From Flectonema sp. DT1601 (lineage: Eukaryota), in NCBI GenBank assembly GCA_964019425.1, contig OZ025785.1, forward strand, positions 620,001 to 684,000: 64,000 nt of DNA. Reading direction: 5' to 3'. The notes beneath the pieces were generated by a model, which made no database searches, was not told the origin of the DNA, and worked only from the letters and a program-made list of their open reading frames with translations. Below, one piece after another: positions 1 to 9,755 of the stretch. A program made the translations under genes and the position numbers. How positions within the stretch are numbered: the first letter of the stretch is position 1; every line of letters starts with the position of its first letter.

Positions 1-1
1 G

Positions 2-247
2 AGATACGAGCCTGTCATCAAGGAAGCAACGTCACTAATGCCTTATCATGAGGTTAGAGGCTTCACTGGTAGTACGCATTTTGCTTTTTGGTCGCATATT
101 TTTGTAATTCTTCCGGGAGATGATTTCGTTGAAGCTCCGTCTGGTGTTGAGCTGCTTCGGGAGACTTCCAGAAGACGGTATTTCGATATTACATTAGATG
201 GTGAATTTCCCTCATTCGTAGACAGAATTGAAAATTCAACACCTTAG
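2..247 (+). CDS. Probable 3' end of an unidentified gene running in from the window edge
   Basis: Frame open from the window start to TAG at 245-247; coding-like composition; no recognisable motif. Confidence 0.4.
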   Translation, partial: RYEPVIKEATSLMPYHEVRGFTGSTHFAFWSHIFVILPGDDFVEAPSGVELLRETSRRRYFDITLDGEFPSFVDRIENSTP

Positions 248-328
248 ACATTCCTGTGGAGCACTCTTATGTGAAAAATGGTCTTAACTTTTTTTTTTAT
301 TTTTTTTTTATACAGATATTTTAAAACA

Positions 329-800
329 ATGAAGGTATTTTGCACTGTTGTTCTTGCAATGTTGTATGGGTCGTCAGCCCAACAAGATGGTCAGGATTCA
401 GAATACGGGATGTCATTCACTAAAGAAGAAATGGCGTTCATAATGAAAGAGATTGACGATGGTGACGTATGTTTTTTTTGAGTTGGTATTGTTGACAAAA
501 AATATAAAAAAAAAATAAAATAAAAAATAACAAAAACCACAGAGTCTGTTGTCTGCCAGTGAAATTGTTACGTGGATGAAAGATGACATTGCGAAAAAGA
601 TACATATGATGGATGACGATGAGAAAAAGGAATTATCGAACATTGGAGATGAGGAGTTTCTTCTCTCAGCAAACGAAATGATTGCCGAGGGAGACAAGAA
701 CTCCGACAACCATTTATCTGAAGAAGAATTTTGGACAATTATGACCACGGGTGATGAAGGAGACATGGACCCTGACATCGAACTCGGAGATGAGAACTAA
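329..800 (+). CDS. Secreted-type EF-hand calcium-binding protein; exons 329-466 and 543-800
   Basis: ATG 329 followed by a hydrophobic leader (MKVFCTVVLAMLYGSSA). A GTATGT...CCACAG intron (467-542) joins two ORFs in frame, giving DDGD/SLLSASEI. Second EF loop DKNSDNHLSEEEF. Confidence 0.8.
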
Positions 801-1526
801 ACATTTAACTCACGACAGCAATTCATGTCTACGCATGCAATCGCTGCTTTTTTTTTGTTTTGTTCCCCTCAAAAGTCCTTTTGATTATTTTTCAACGCTC
901 GTAGTTTTTTGTCTGTTTTGATAACAAGAGATTATTCAAAAAAAACAAAAAAAAAAATTTTTTTTTTGGGGGGGGAAGGTGTCACGTGGAGGAAAAAAAA
1001 AAAGAGAGAAAATTTCAAAAAAAAAAAAAAAAAAAACCACCCCAAGCCATACAAGGGGATGATGTTGCGATTTAACCGTACGTAAAGATGTACTGCTTTT
1101 TTTTTTTTTTTTTTTTTTTTGTTCTTTTTTTGGATATTTAGTTATTCCGTATAAAGAAATAAAAAAATATTTGAAAGCCACTCGTATGTTGTTTTTACAC
1201 CCCCCCATTTTTTAAGTAAACATGTATGGTGAATTGCGTTATTATTATTGTATTAATTTTAACCCAGAGGCAAATTATTAATGATATTTACACAGGGGGG
1301 GGGAATACGACCAGACAACTTAATGATAGGACTGATGAGGAGAATCATGAAGTTTTGAACGGATCTCGTACTCTTACCACTCACCTGGTTTCAGGGACTT
1401 TTCCCCTCTTTTTCACAACAGTTTTTGTGAAAAAAGTCTGGAAAATGATACCGTGTAATGTAACAGGTTTTTTCTGATAATTATTTCTTTTTAACTTAAC
1501 AGGAATTGTACCATCAAATCAATGTG

Positions 1527-4049
1527 ATGAGTTCACCTCTCAACAGTACTGGATATGGAAAGAAGAAGACCTTATCATCTCTGGCAACACCAATAGGAAG
1601 TCGGAGATTACGAACTGAATTAGATCAATTTGGGGATTCAACTGACATCTCTGAAGATATTGAAATAACTCACAAGAGTTTTGTGAGGAAGACTGGAAAT
1701 GACAGCATGCTGTTAAATAAACTTTCAGGAGGACGTTCCGACAGTCCTCACCTGAAGTCTAAAAATTCATTCATGTGTCCAATTGGTAACAGAGATGACA
1801 CAATAAGATCCCTTTCAAGATCGAATTTAAAATCATTTGCCAATAAAAAAGAAGAAGACCGAAAGACACGTGCAGAAGAATCAGCCCGAAAACACAAAGA
1901 CGCAAGAGATAGAGCAGAAGCACACAGAAATGAACAAATTGAAATGTTGGAAACACAAGCAAAACTTCAACAAGATAAACGTGACAAGGTTGGGAATGAA
2001 CGAGTTGAGAAAAAAAAAGAAGTTCCTCTACTTCGAACTGGGTTATGGCTTCAAGCAATGTGCGCGATCACACCCCTAAATGGATTAGTCAGAGCATACC
2101 GTGAAAACAATGCAACTGCTACCCTGAGAATACTACTGCTACCGACAATATTAGTTTGGTTAAATAAAAGACGTTGTAGTAAGAGATTAGCAGCTCTACT
2201 GAGCAATAGAAGTAACGACTTAGAACGGCCAACACCCGATACCTTAAAAAAACTTGAATTTTTCGATGGATGGCAACGACACATGCTCGAGACGGTATCA
2301 CGAGAGCTGATCCCCCAATGCTACTCTGCTGGTGACTATATCTGTCGTGAGGGTGATGCTGGGGATCGAATGTTTATTTTTGGAAGTGGTGCCGTTGATA
2401 TTTACGTTCGAAGCGCGACAGTTCCAACCAAGTCAAGATCCATTGATAATTCAATAAAATTAGCAACTATTTCACCCGACAACGATCGTTCATATTTCGG
2501 AGAATTCACAGTCCTATGCAACGAACCACGTTCAGCTACATGCTATTGTCCGGAAGATTGTAACCTGTGGACATTAGATAGACAAACAGTTTCAAAAATC
2601 GTATCATTATTGCGACCTCGGGTTTTACAAAAATTAATTCAACGAACAGATGTCAGACGAGCTCTTAACATGGAAAAATTGTATCCTCTGCAACCGAGTC
2701 AACTTCGAAATGGAAATAAAATTTTTAAATCTTGGGAGACGACACAATTAAAATCATTATGCAAACACTTCACTCCATTAGTACTAAGAGCAGGAAGGAC
2801 AATAATACAACAAGGTGATCAAGGTGATGCTTTGTATTTTGTATTAACTGGATCGTTGACTGTCACGAAAAAACAAGTCATTGATGACAATGACAGTAAT
2901 ACTTCCTCAGATGGATTCTCTAGTGATGAATCACAGGGTAGTACGTCGTCGTTTTCTAGCTTCCGATCTCAAAATCGTTTGGCAAGTCCGACATCGCCGT
3001 CTCGTAACATAAGTTCATTTAATAATAAGAAAAAGAATAATACTCCTGTGAGGATTAAATCACAAAATGAAAGAAAATGTTCATCGAATTCTGGTGGTTT
3101 GATTAGATGTGAAAGTGCGGAAACAGTCGTAACGTCAGAATCATCTGATATCGATGGTGATCCTGATTCCAAAATCGTGGCAATACTCGAAGCTGGAGAC
3201 GTATTTGGACAAGTTAGCATCATATTTTCTGAACCACGCTGTGCCACTGTAACCTGTCGGAGTAATTGCGAACTTTGGAAATTAGAACGACATTCTGTAA
3301 TGGACTTTCTCATGGCTGATCCGCAACTGTTCATCGAATGTAAAGAAATAACAAACACCGCCAGAGCTCAGTGGCTTCCCTCTTGCTCTGTTAGCTATTT
3401 GAACTCACCTTTGTTAGCTTCTGTGAATTTACCAAAGTCTTTTTATAAACAACTTGTTGCGTGGTTGACACCATTGGTGGTAGACATGACTTCAATTGTT
3501 ATTCAGAGTGGTTCTGATAATGTTCGGATGATTTGTCTTACTCGGGGAACTATTGTTGATCCGAAAACTCAAAATAAAATAACAGCACCAGCGGTGATAG
3601 GTCTACCTGAAGTCTTAACAGGTCAACCCTATTGGGCTGTAACGTACAAAGCAGTTACGATGTGTGAGATGTGGTGTGCTACACCTCAGGTCTTACTTAG
3701 TCAAATTAAGCAGTCTGGATATCTACATGTCGTTGACAACGAAGCATTCCATGATAAACTACTTGCTACTTGTTTCTTGATGCATAAACCGTATACTCCG
3801 TTGGAGGTTAATATTCCTGAGCGGGATCCTTGTTCTCCTTGCTCTCCTTGTTCTCCTGTAAAAAGTTTTTCAAGTCACAATTCCAGACTATCAATGTCAT
3901 CATCGTCGAGGGTAATTCCGAGTCGGATTAGAAGTCCAACATCACCACTTCGAATGCAACAACGGACGTTATCAATCTCCTCAAACAGCAGCAGATCATC
4001 AAAACGAGGAAGTTATCGAGTCGTTAGAAGAGTTGTTCCAACTACTTGA
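1527..4049 (+). CDS. Multi-cyclic-nucleotide-binding (cNMP) domain protein
   Basis: Two clear cNMP domains (ICREGDAGDRMF...YFGEF...PRSAT; IIQQGDQGDALYF...VFGQ...PRCATV) and a degenerate third. First ATG at 1527. Confidence 0.85.
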   Translation: MSSPLNSTGYGKKKTLSSLATPIGSRRLRTELDQFGDSTDISEDIEITHKSFVRKTGNDSMLLNKLSGGRSDSPHLKSKNSFMCPIGNRDDTIRSLSRSNLKSFANKKEEDRKTRAEESARKHKDARDRAEAHRNEQIEMLETQAKLQQDKRDKVGNERVEKKKEVPLLRTGLWLQAMCAITPLNGLVRAYRENNATATLRILLLPTILVWLNKRRCSKRLAALLSNRSNDLERPTPDTLKKLEFFDGWQRHMLETVSRELIPQCYSAGDYICREGDAGDRMFIFGSGAVDIYVRSATVPTKSRSIDNSIKLATISPDNDRSYFGEFTVLCNEPRSATCYCPEDCNLWTLDRQTVSKIVSLLRPRVLQKLIQRTDVRRALNMEKLYPLQPSQLRNGNKIFKSWETTQLKSLCKHFTPLVLRAGRTIIQQGDQGDALYFVLTGSLTVTKKQVIDDNDSNTSSDGFSSDESQGSTSSFSSFRSQNRLASPTSPSRNISSFNNKKKNNTPVRIKSQNERKCSSNSGGLIRCESAETVVTSESSDIDGDPDSKIVAILEAGDVFGQVSIIFSEPRCATVTCRSNCELWKLERHSVMDFLMADPQLFIECKEITNTARAQWLPSCSVSYLNSPLLASVNLPKSFYKQLVAWLTPLVVDMTSIVIQSGSDNVRMICLTRGTIVDPKTQNKITAPAVIGLPEVLTGQPYWAVTYKAVTMCEMWCATPQVLLSQIKQSGYLHVVDNEAFHDKLLATCFLMHKPYTPLEVNIPERDPCSPCSPCSPVKSFSSHNSRLSMSSSSRVIPSRIRSPTSPLRMQQRTLSISSNSSRSSKRGSYRVVRRVVPTT

Positions 4050-4838
4050 GATGATCTCTTTTATTTACACTTTTAGTTAGACTTCGGTCTTTTACAAGAT
4101 CGGTTTTATTTTTTCCGCTCTTTTTTTTTTTTTTTCGTCCCCGCATTTGCACTATTTTTTTCTCTCTTTTTTTTCATGTAACATGTTAGGCAACACACGT
4201 AAACCTCCTTTAGCTTTTATCAGTTTACGTTTGGTTCACAGGGGGGGGATTTTTTTCTTTGATACAAACGAACAGAAAAAAAAAACATATCAACAAGTGT
4301 TTCATTACTATTGTCTGGTTTATAAAGCCAATTTTTTTTTTTTTTTTTTTCCTTTTTGGTTATTTTTCGTCAGCATTGATAAAGTTGATATGTGTCTTTA
4401 TTAATACTGACTATGGGTGGATCGCTTGAGCAATCATCCATTTTCGGGACCGGTTCATTCAGCAGGTGAGTTGTTACACACATAATCAGATGAGGGCTTC
4501 CATGGCCACCGTCCTGATGAGCGACAACTCTCGTCGGCAGTCCAGATTTTCGATAAAGTCAAAAAAATCATTTTTATTATTATGAATAAGTCATCATCAG
4601 CATGCAGACTCAGCACATTACTCCGATTTCCAGCTGGTGTTTCCACCTCGCTGTTGGTTTTGTGTGTGGAGGTCAACTACTTCTATTTTTCCCCTTTCTT
4701 TTTCTGTTTAGCTCCCGTTGCTGGTATTTTTTTTCCGCTTCGAAAAGAAATTTATTTTCTCTCTAGTGACTTGTGAGTGTTAAACTATTTATTTTTAATA
4801 TCAGGTTATCGCCCCTTCCCCTTTAAAACGTAAATGAT

Positions 4839-5891
4839 ATGCCACATGATTCTAAACCGAAAGATCGAATAGAATATGACAACGGAATGTGTCTTCCAAT
4901 AAAATATAAAATGAAATCTCAAATTCCAAAAGGTGTCATCGCTACTGATGAGTTGACGGGAACAGATATAATGATAACGAGGTTTGAGAATATTCTTGAA
5001 GACAAACAAGCGTTAGAGTCGTGTGTCACTGGCATGATGTTACTTCAGCATTTTAGTGAAGCAAAAGGCATTGAAGATCTTGTTGATATCTTTACTAATC
5101 AAGATGGTCAAAGGCTCGATGTTTACTTCTCAACAACCCTAATGAAAACAAATCTCCATAATATTATAAAGTCACCTCAAGAGCTTTCTGTTGATCATTT
5201 TATTTATTTAACGTACCTGTTGGTAAGAACACTAAAGTACGCACACAGTGCTGGTGGATTCCCTGGTTCAGTTGAACCCCAAACTGTTTGGGTCAATCAG
5301 AACTGTGATATTCTTCTGACAACTTGTTCCATAGCATCGGTTGGTCGGAACTATAAATCCCCAGAAATAGTTTTTAGAAATTCAAAAACTGTTGGAAAAA
5401 TATCATCGGCTGTAGACATGTGGAGTGTAGGTTTGATTCTGGGCGAGCTACTACTGAGAGCTCCGCTTTTCACTCAAAAAAGTGATTCAAAACGTGTCAT
5501 TGAATTCGCAGAGCTTCTCGGAGCACCAACGGAAGATGATTTATTAGCACTTGGGTTTTCACAACAGCCGCATTATCTACAGGCGGCTTTAGAGCTCTTT
5601 GATGGGTTAAGTCTCGACCATTCTTTGAATGAAAAGTTTCCTACAGCTCCTCCGATGGCTGTCGATTTATTATCAAAAGTGTTGTTGTTTAATCCTCTTA
5701 AAAGATTAACTCCGACTGAAGCTCTTCAGCATCCGTTCTTTGAGACACTTCATTTTGAAGAGGATGAACCTATCTGTGAGAGATTCTCTTGGTGTTTATC
5801 AAAATCAGCAACTGTTTTAGAAATAAAGGAATTGTTGTGGGAGCAGATTAGAAAAATTAGAATGAAATCAGCTGCCAGCTGTTTAGTTTGA
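4839..5891 (+). CDS. MAPK-like (CMGC) probable pseudokinase
   Basis: MAPK-like C-lobe (YKSPEI, VDMWSVGLILGELL, DLLSKVLLFNPLKRLTPTEALQHPFF, LHFEEDEP). Gly loop, VAIK lysine, HRD and DFG are not present. Confidence 0.8.
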   Translation: MPHDSKPKDRIEYDNGMCLPIKYKMKSQIPKGVIATDELTGTDIMITRFENILEDKQALESCVTGMMLLQHFSEAKGIEDLVDIFTNQDGQRLDVYFSTTLMKTNLHNIIKSPQELSVDHFIYLTYLLVRTLKYAHSAGGFPGSVEPQTVWVNQNCDILLTTCSIASVGRNYKSPEIVFRNSKTVGKISSAVDMWSVGLILGELLLRAPLFTQKSDSKRVIEFAELLGAPTEDDLLALGFSQQPHYLQAALELFDGLSLDHSLNEKFPTAPPMAVDLLSKVLLFNPLKRLTPTEALQHPFFETLHFEEDEPICERFSWCLSKSATVLEIKELLWEQIRKIRMKSAASCLV

Positions 5892-6327
5892 CGGACACTA
5901 CAGAAAGCATTCGTGTCCTTTATTTCAACTGAAAAAAGACGGAAAACTTCGTCTTACTGCTGACTCATTACGGGGGTCTCTTTATCTCATGTTTTTCTTT
6001 TGTTGTTTCTTTTTTCTTTCTAAAAAAGAAGAAAAATTGTGCGTAAGCCGAGTTTCTTTTTTTCAATTACTGTGCTACTCGGTGTTTGCACTCGTTTGTC
6101 TCGTTACTAATTCAGGTTTTGAGCTGCCGTATGCAGCGCCTGCTTGAAAGTTTTTTGGGCAACTTACGCTTCACTACCATCACTACAATTTGAGGTTTTT
6201 TTTTTTTTTTTTTTAAAAAAAAGTATAAAAAGGGGAATATTCCTTCTCCCTTTTTTTTTTTTTTAAAAAAAATTCTTTTTATAATAAAAGTTTGTCTGCG
6301 TGTCTTCTCGTTTCATGAGTGTGACAG

Positions 6328-6582
6328 AAAGTGATCCTCTCAGGGATTGGGTTCGACATAATGTCGTAGTATTTGGGGACTCACAGATAGTTAACCGTTC
6401 CGCCCTGTTGTGTCTATCCATCCGGTACTCGTTTGTATGTCAGACTCGCTAACTAAACTATCTAGTATTATTTTGTGAAACTACGTATTCCACAACTGTT
6501 TTATGGAACAGCAGAACAATTGTGTTTTTTTTTCCCCCTTCTTTTTTTTTTTTTTTTACAATAAAAACTCATATTCCTACTC
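6328..6582 (+). repeat. Dispersed repeat related to the 5' flank of the Penelope-like element
   Basis: 6328-6420 is nearly identical to 49156-49250 (gtgatcct..agggat..ggttcgacataatgtcgtagtatttggggactca). 6475-6582 matches 35428-35522. Confidence 0.75.
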
Positions 6583-7436
6583 TGATGATAGCCTTTTCAA
6601 AGACTCGATTCTGTTTTTTTTTTCTTTTTTTAATATCTACAGGGCCTGTCCTATTTTTTTCCCCTGCTTACAAACATTCAAATCCACCCCCCTTGCTGAT
6701 CACTTCTCTACTCTCAATAAAATAGTTGACGTTTGGTGAAACAGAAAAAGGGACGTGTCTCACTTATTGCCTCATAACATCCGACTGTAAGATCTGTTAG
6801 CAATTTATATGTCTGGGCAATAAATCGATTGCCGTATACACCATAGACGATTAAAAAAAAAATAATAAACTACTATTTTTTTTTGTTGTTGTTACTGCTT
6901 GAAAAGTCATGGATGATCTGTTTTTCTTTCTCTCTTTTCCTGCTTGTGTTTTTGGAGGTCAAAAAAAAAAAAAAAAAAAAAAAAAAACATTAAGTTCGAG
7001 AGACAAGTATTTGAAATTTGTTTATCTATTCCAGTTAAATTGAACGAGTACCGTCTCTTCGTGTTTTTATTAGAGCCTTTTGTGTTCAATTTCTTTTTTT
7101 TTTTTTTTTTTTTGTGACAAAAAAAAATTCATAATTATGGAACCTTATGAAAAAGAAAGGAAAAGACCTCTAATCCGAATACAACGGTGTCTGGAAACCG
7201 CCAAACTCTGTGCAAAAAAAAAAAAAAAAAAAAAAAAAGGTGCATTTTGTGACTATTAAAAATACGTTTTGCATTTGTTTTACCTCAATTTTCTTTCACT
7301 TGAATTAAAAAAAAAAAATTGTGCCACAGCAATTCAAAGAAATTGCTGGCATTTCATTGTTTTCTTAACCCATTTTTTTTTACTGTGACACGCACGCTCC
7401 TTGTCGTTGTTTTTTTTTTTTTTTTTTCTTTTTTTT

Positions 7437-7543
7437 GTATTTAACAAAGTATTGTAAGAACGAAAAAAGAATGTTAGGCAGCACACGTAAACCTCCTTTA
7501 GCTTTTTATCAGTTTAAGTCGGTTCACGGGGGTTTCGTGTCAC
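7437..7543. repeat. Short dispersed repeat, possibly a retroposed 3' end in antisense orientation
   Basis: gtatttaacaaagtattgtaagaacgaaaaaagaatgttaggcagcacacgtaaacctcctttagc. Copies at 55668-55746, 4181-4250 (partial) and 43087-43116 (partial), each preceded by a T-rich run. Confidence 0.75.
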
Positions 7544-8519
7544 AAACAATTTTTTGACTTCGTCTTACCTTTCTATTCGGTAGCATAAAAACTACACTTT
7601 AATTTTTTGTAAATATGTTATTGTTGTGTTGGTTTTTGAATAGTGGGGTGTTAAGTGTTTTATTGTTGTATTTTTTTTTTTTTTTTTTTTTGAAAAAAAA
7701 TATACCTTTCATGGTGTGAATAATTCATTGTGCAAGTCTTAATACCCGAAAATTGAGAAGAGATTTTCTGTGTCGGCGGCAGTTCGCTGCTATAACAGGT
7801 GGCCAGTACTTATTTCCCCTGCTCTTTTCTCTCTTTTTCAGCAGACATTTTTTGATCTGAGCTGTTGTGAACAATTACAACGGTTTTCTTTCCTCCTTGT
7901 TTCTACTTCTTTATTTTTAATCTACCGTTCGGGAAGGTTTGTTCACCATAACCTCCGACACCTTCATCTTTATGTCTTTTTTCTAATTTATTATCTTTAA
8001 AAAAAAAGTAGGGAAAAAAAACAAAAAAATCGAAAAAAAAAAAAAAATTAATTTTGGGGATCTGGAAGATTTTCGTAACGTGCTAATTATAGTTATGGTG
8101 CTTCGAAAGAGACCAACTTAATGTGGTCACCGAATCCCCATGTTCGACAGCACGATCAAAATTGTTGGATCCTTTATATTTAAACACACGCAGTAGCAAA
8201 GTTACTCTTCCACTTCCTTCACCACGCGCCCTTGATTTTTTATCTCAGGCAGACGTGTGATTGAAATGAGGAGGAATTTTTTTTTTATAATTTTTATTTT
8301 TTTTGTGTTCCTTTCGAAAATGCTATTGCTGCCGAAGGCTTTCAATAAGAAATCCCTTGGAGAAGTAATGCACATCAATCCCTTTTTTTTTCTTTCTTTT
8401 TTTTTTCTTCCTTTCCTTCTCTCTCGAGAGCTGCTAGAATACTACACCACTACACTATAATATTAAATCACTCACCCATAGAGAGGGCTGGTGTTTAAGA
8501 TTAAAAGTCAGAGGAACCT

Positions 8520-8880
8520 TTTATCCTCAGCATCGTTAATCTTTTACTTTTTTTTACCCTTTTTGACAAGTTTGTGATTATTTTTTATTTTATTATTTTT
8601 TTTTTTTTTTTTTTGTATGCAGTTCTCTGCTTCTGTTAATCTGTACGATGCGCTCCTTAGTTCGCTGTATCAGCGATGCTCAGTAGGCAATATTGTAGAC
8701 TTCCTTATCTATCTATCTAGTTAGCAGAACAATGTGTTTTTGTAACTTTTCTTGTTTTTTTTTTTTAATATAATAAACTCAAATTCTATCTAATTAGATG
8801 CTTTAGTAAATTCTTATTCTTATTCTCTATTTTTTTTTATTCTCACTTTTTCTATACTAAAATTAATAATACTATCTAGT
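8520..8880 (+). repeat. Dispersed repeat related to Penelope-like element termini
   Basis: Core gtt(c/t)gctgtatcag(c/a)gatgc(t/a)cagta also at ~26020-26075 and ~29900-29965. Tail ttattctcactttttcta..ctaaa..taat matches 53040-53080. Confidence 0.65.
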
Positions 8881-9755
8881 TGGTCAGTTGACTGAAGTGG
8901 CTGAGGCCTTCTTCGTTTTTTTTTTTTTTGCACCGACGAAGTCAGAGAAAAAACTATTTCTATTTACCTGTGCCGCCAGTAAAACTAGCTGTGATCAATT
9001 ATCTTTTAAAGCATAAATAACGGTATTGTATGTAGCACTCTCACCGTCTAGCTGGATTATGTTTTATCAAATAAAAAAAAAAAAGCAAAAAAAATTATGT
9101 GTGAGGCTAGTTTCTCTGTGAGTCAAATACATAGTTCTTTTTACCTTTTTTTTTTTTTTTTTTTTTCTTCTTCTCCCCAATTTATTTATTTACTTGATTT
9201 TTTTTTTGAAGTGTGTGTAAAAGAAAATACTAATTTTGTTAATCTGTAACGAGCTGCAGGGTATGCACCCCCCGAAATCCCTATATTCGACGGACAGTAA
9301 GTATGGGATTTTTATCAACCCCAACTGTTAGTTTCTTTTCATTGCGACCCAGATTTAGCTGGTTTCAAATTGCTTTATTTAATCATAGTATCAAGTTACC
9401 CCCTCTCATTTCGACATTACATTTATCCTAATGTAATGTCCTCTACGTGTTATACAGCTTTAGTCAACTGTACCATAATTCTGGTGCAATACAGATATTT
9501 ATATTTCTTCATAAATATGTTCAAAACGTTTCAAAACCCCCTGTTGTCAAAGATTGTCGAAGGAATTGTTGTTCCTTTGAGCGTTAAGAATGCAATATCA
9601 AATCTATCTTCTTATTGACATTCTGTGATGGGAACTAATGACTATGATGGTGGTAGATGAACTCTCATGCGTTAGTTCCTTAAGTAGAGGGAAAAAAAAA
9701 AAAAAAAAGGGAAAACCCCTAATTCCACAAAAATAGTTTGCGAAATCGCCAACTC

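Noticed and set aside
4511..4545. CTGATGA followed by a cgac/gtcg stem, hammerhead-like
   Set aside because: No GAAA after stem II and no stem III.
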